A DNA stretch of 64,000 nt from an uncultured virus (IMG/VR IMGVR_UViG_2061766007_000547) (Duplodnaviria > Heunggongvirae > Uroviricota > Caudoviricetes). The notes beneath the pieces were generated by a model, which did not search any database, was not told the origin of the DNA, and saw only the letters and a list, made by a program, of their open reading frames with translations. The stretch is taken from IMG/VR virus record IMGVR_UViG_2061766007_000547; one strand, written 5' to 3'. Made by a program: the position numbers and the translations under genes. Of the stretch, positions 60,184 through 64,000 are shown piece after piece. Within the stretch, counting starts at the first letter, position 1; the number at the start of each line of letters is the position of its first letter.

Positions 60184-61148
60184 TGAGTGATACATATTTA
60201 ACTGGTGGCGGAGGCGGGGCAACTACGGTTGCCCGTGTCTCTGGTAATTTATCGACACTGTCAAGTCAGTTATCGCAAGTATTAGTTGTTGCTGCTGGCG
60301 GAGGTGGCAGTGCTATTATGATGACTGATGGACTTGTTACCAGTATTGCCCGTGGTGGTTCTGGTGGTGGATTTGTCGGCGGCGACGCTGATTTAGATGG
60401 TGTAAAGATTTTAGGCACTGGCGCAACACAGGCAGATGGTTATGCATTCGGTCAAGGACAGGCACAAACGAATCTGCTTGGTGGTGGTGGTAGCGGCTTG
60501 TATGGTGGATATAATGTAACAAACACTACGGAAATACAGGCATTTGGCATGAGTAGTTATACTGGTAATGATGCTGTAAGATATGATGCATCAGATATTG
60601 TTGTATCAGAATCTGGCATTACTATTTGTCATGGTGGATTTGGCGATCTCAACTCTTTGTCTAATCCATATGCTTCATTTGAAGATGGAGTTTTAACCAT
60701 TAGTTCTTATGGTGATGGTGCAAGAGGTTGGGTATATGATACTTCTGTTAATCATAATATTATCCCAGCTAATTGCATTATTAATGTTAAGCTTGATATC
60801 TTGTTTACTTCAGGTAATGACTTTGAACTTTATTTTTCATCTGAAACAACTGACCGTAAACGTTTTGAATATAATTATAATGTTTGTCTTGATTATGGCA
60901 ATGTATTACCTCAGATCAGTCAAAATGTTTGGTATTCAACGGAATATAAGATCAATATGGTCAATGGTGTTCTTTTAAATTATACATTTTATGTGAATGA
61001 TGCTTCTATTACAAGCGGCACATTAAACCAACATATGGTTAATGTGGACGAGTTAAATTCAATACCATGTAGTGTTATTGGAATTAAAGTTCCTAGTAGT
61101 GATGTTAAAATAAGAAATTTCTATATTAGTTGGGAGGAAAGAGTGTGA
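60183..61148 (+). CDS. tail accessory protein carrying the second half of a Gly-rich domain
   Basis: GGGGGATT..VLVVAAGGGGS..GGSGGG..GYAFGQG..GGGGSGLYGG; TAATG coupling with GGAGG RBS. Confidence 0.6.
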   Translation: MSDTYLTGGGGGATTVARVSGNLSTLSSQLSQVLVVAAGGGGSAIMMTDGLVTSIARGGSGGGFVGGDADLDGVKILGTGATQADGYAFGQGQAQTNLLGGGGSGLYGGYNVTNTTEIQAFGMSSYTGNDAVRYDASDIVVSESGITICHGGFGDLNSLSNPYASFEDGVLTISSYGDGARGWVYDTSVNHNIIPANCIINVKLDILFTSGNDFELYFSSETTDRKRFEYNYNVCLDYGNVLPQISQNVWYSTEYKINMVNGVLLNYTFYVNDASITSGTLNQHMVNVDELNSIPCSVIGIKVPSSDVKIRNFYISWEERV

Positions 61149-62914
61149 TTTCAGTAATATGTACGATATATAATGCAAAAAAATATCTTAAACAATGCCT
61201 TGATTCTATAATTAATCAGACATATAAAGATATTCAGATCGTACTGATAGATGACGGATCAATAGATGGTTCGGCTGTAATACTGAATGAATACGCCCAG
61301 AAGGATAAAAGGATTAAACTGATTAATCAGGATAACAAGGGGCATTCAGAAGCAAGAAATGTAGGGCTTTCAATTGCTGAGAGTGAATATATTTATTTCG
61401 TTGATGCGGACGATTATATTCACCCTCAAACTTTAGAAATATTATATGACAATATGATACAGACCAGCGCTGATATATCTATTGGTAATGTAACTAGATA
61501 TGCGGCGCTGGATGTATCTAATAACAGATACGAAGTAATGGACAATATGGAAGCCTTACATATTCTTGTGGATTCAGTACAAAGACGTTACAAAAATGGA
61601 AGGTATATGCCTATATGTGCAACGTGGAATAAGATATTCAAGAAAACTTTATTTGATGATATCAAATTTCCAACAGGGCGTGTACATGATGATAATGCAA
61701 CAGCGCATAGGCTGTTGTATAAAGCAAGAACAATTGTTTTAACACATGCAGTAACATATTTTTATAGACCAAATCAGAACGGCATTGCCCTGAATGGTTT
61801 ATATGATAAAGATATGGTTGCTGCATATGAGGACAGAATAAACTTTTTTATAAGTCAAGGACTTGATGAGTTTTTGCCATTGACTTATAGTAGGTATGGT
61901 GAAGTATTATATCGCACTTATCTCAATTTTAAAACAAAAGATTTATATGACAAGATAATGAATTGTCTGAATTACACAATACCAGAGATTAGAATATATA
62001 AAACTATTGGTTTATATTTTGATAATCTTTATTTCTTAACTGGCATAGTAAGTTGGATGTATAATTTAATTCAGGGGCTTAAAGACGATTATCGTTTTGT
62101 TATTTATACAAAACATGTATCTTCAAGAGTGGCTGATAGATTTAAACGTCTTGCAGAGATTATTGAGATTAATGAAGAGATTGATTATGATTGTGACATC
62201 CTTCTTAATAATTCGTTGTTTACGCCTTTGCCTGATTGTTTAAAATATAAACAACTTTATGGTGTGATACATTGTGATTATGCACGATTTAAAAATGCTG
62301 ATGAGATTAATCTTAATCCTGATATTGATTACATAGCAGTGTCTGATATTGCTGCTGATGGAGTGCGTAAACGCTGGAATGTCAGATGTCAATCTATTGA
62401 AGGTCTGTTCGTTAAGACTAAACCTGTATGCCGAAAGGTATTACATCTGATAAGTGCCACGAGATTTACAACAGAAAAGGGTTTTGCAAACTTTGTTAAA
62501 TTTGCAGAGTTGCTTAAGGATAATGACATCCTTTTTGAATGGCGTATATATGCCGATATGGATATGATGTCAGCAAGAAAGATGATGCCATATCCTGAGA
62601 TGGTCAGATGTAATGGTATTGACCATGAGATATTAATGAATTATATGGCTGATGCTGATTATGTCGTACAGTTATCTGATTCAGAAGGTTTTGGGATGGT
62701 GGTACATGAGGCGCTTATGATGGGTACACCAGTGATTGCTTCAGATATACCGATATTTAATAAGTATATTAAAAACGGATATAATGGATATTTACTGCCA
62801 GTTAATATGGAGAATGTAGATGTCTATCAAATATGTAACAATATTCCAAAAGATTTTGTATATGATAATCAATATGATTCATTACAGAATCAATGGAAAA
62901 CAATATTAAAATAA
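61145..62914 (+). CDS. bifunctional glycosyltransferase (GT2 fused to GT-B/GT4-like)
   Basis: N-terminal ISVICTIYN..LIDDGS..FVDADD; C-terminal SATRFTTEKG..ADYVVQLSDSEGFGMVVHEALMMGTPVIASD. Confidence 0.88.
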   Translation: MISVICTIYNAKKYLKQCLDSIINQTYKDIQIVLIDDGSIDGSAVILNEYAQKDKRIKLINQDNKGHSEARNVGLSIAESEYIYFVDADDYIHPQTLEILYDNMIQTSADISIGNVTRYAALDVSNNRYEVMDNMEALHILVDSVQRRYKNGRYMPICATWNKIFKKTLFDDIKFPTGRVHDDNATAHRLLYKARTIVLTHAVTYFYRPNQNGIALNGLYDKDMVAAYEDRINFFISQGLDEFLPLTYSRYGEVLYRTYLNFKTKDLYDKIMNCLNYTIPEIRIYKTIGLYFDNLYFLTGIVSWMYNLIQGLKDDYRFVIYTKHVSSRVADRFKRLAEIIEINEEIDYDCDILLNNSLFTPLPDCLKYKQLYGVIHCDYARFKNADEINLNPDIDYIAVSDIAADGVRKRWNVRCQSIEGLFVKTKPVCRKVLHLISATRFTTEKGFANFVKFAELLKDNDILFEWRIYADMDMMSARKMMPYPEMVRCNGIDHEILMNYMADADYVVQLSDSEGFGMVVHEALMMGTPVIASDIPIFNKYIKNGYNGYLLPVNMENVDVYQICNNIPKDFVYDNQYDSLQNQWKTILK

Positions 62915-62929
62915 TGGAGGTACAAACAT

Positions 62930-64000
62930 ATGGCTGATCCATATCCTTGGATATTTTACAGTAGTGCTTCAAGATCAACTTTTGGTTCGTTCTATGACGG
63001 CAGTAGTAGTACTGAGTCCGCACAGCCTTTGAGTTCGTGTCCTGTTGCAGTGTTAACTAAAAATACTGATTTTGGACGCATACATAGGTCTGCTATCTAT
63101 GTTAAAAATGCTGTTAGTGGCATCAATTATGAATTTGAGGCGGCATTTATATTTTCGGCTGACAATTTACCAACAGACGAATTAAATCTTGATCTGTATA
63201 ATGTGTGCGATCTTGATTTGAGGTCTTTGGTGCTTGATAATAATAATGGATATAGCGGCTTCTATGTTCGTGTTGGTTATAATATAGAGGGCGGCAGTGA
63301 TACTTCAAAGGGTATTTATAGTAGATCGAATAGTTCAAGCACAATGGCTAATCTGTCAACAAGCTACTCATATACTGTTCCTCCTGTACCTATCTATACT
63401 GACAGAGACCAATGGCTTGCTTATGTAAGGGCGCAGGATTGGGAAACAGTTTCTTCTGTCAGAGGTAAGTTAGGCACTCAGTATTTGTCAAAGGTAAAAG
63501 CAGATGCACTTAATAATGGTGAATCGGTTACTGGCGCAAGCGGCTCTGTTATAGATGCGCTTGTAGATTCAACTAAATTAGCGACTTTGGCTCAAGGTTT
63601 GTCGGCAGAAACGCCAGTATTATATACTGATGATGTAAATTATATGAGTCTTACGCCTACAGCAAATAATACTTGTACATTAAAGTTTTATTTGGATAAT
63701 AGTGTAATTTATACATTAACAGGTGTAAGTACCAATGCATATTTGCAGTTTCTTAAAGATGAAACAAGTGAAATTATGAAGCCTAGTATTATATATAAGG
63801 CTGGACAAGAGTCGTATTTATTCGCTCCAAACTTTTATTCAGATGGTAGAGATACAGTCAGATATGATCCTAATGCCTTAGTTACTGTAGCAACGAATTC
63901 TGGTGATCTTGTGCATAATTATGCTGAAGGTGCATTATTTGATGATTCTTATAATAAGGACTTTATAATCAGTTCAGGTGAGGCTTATTGGAATGATGTA
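62930..64000 (+). CDS. putative structural protein, truncated by the window end
   Basis: GGAGG RBS, ATG at 62930, MADPYPWIFYSS...; frame appears open to the window end (absent from the ORF track because it has no stop). Confidence 0.6.
   Translation, partial: MADPYPWIFYSSASRSTFGSFYDGSSSTESAQPLSSCPVAVLTKNTDFGRIHRSAIYVKNAVSGINYEFEAAFIFSADNLPTDELNLDLYNVCDLDLRSLVLDNNNGYSGFYVRVGYNIEGGSDTSKGIYSRSNSSSTMANLSTSYSYTVPPVPIYTDRDQWLAYVRAQDWETVSSVRGKLGTQYLSKVKADALNNGESVTGASGSVIDALVDSTKLATLAQGLSAETPVLYTDDVNYMSLTPTANNTCTLKFYLDNSVIYTLTGVSTNAYLQFLKDETSEIMKPSIIYKAGQESYLFAPNFYSDGRDTVRYDPNALVTVATNSGDLVHNYAEGALFDDSYNKDFIISSGEAYWNDV

Overview
This 64 kb window is the late (virion and lysis) region of a large tailed phage or prophage, probably infecting a Firmicute (AGGAGG-type Shine-Dalgarno sites, a TTGACA-17-TATACT promoter). 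All credible genes are on the + strand. The layout is SPbeta-like: YonO-type single-subunit RNA polymerase, HU, terminase subunits, portal, a degenerate tyrosine recombinase, protease/scaffold, capsid, neck and tail genes, two very long SHAEG-repeat fibres, endolysin, holin, RuvC-like resolvase, tape measure, Dit, Tal and accessory tail genes. Two group I introns, each encoding an endonuclease, split the major capsid gene (10854-12014) and the tape measure gene (47844-49030); both junctions can be read from base-pairing and reading frame. A cysteine desulfurase and three glycosyltransferases are embedded among the structural genes. The best candidate for an undescribed system is a six-gene cassette between endolysin and holin (38470-41538). 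It has an HTH regulator fused to a tail-fibre-like domain, a Cys-His-Asp enzyme and a Gly-rich membrane/coiled-coil protein. It also has 11-bp-period repeat arrays shared with the endolysin promoter, an RNA hairpin leader and flanking 16-bp direct repeats. An anticodon-less tRNA-like element lies at 29433-29482. All functional calls come from reading motifs by eye; no database searches were run.
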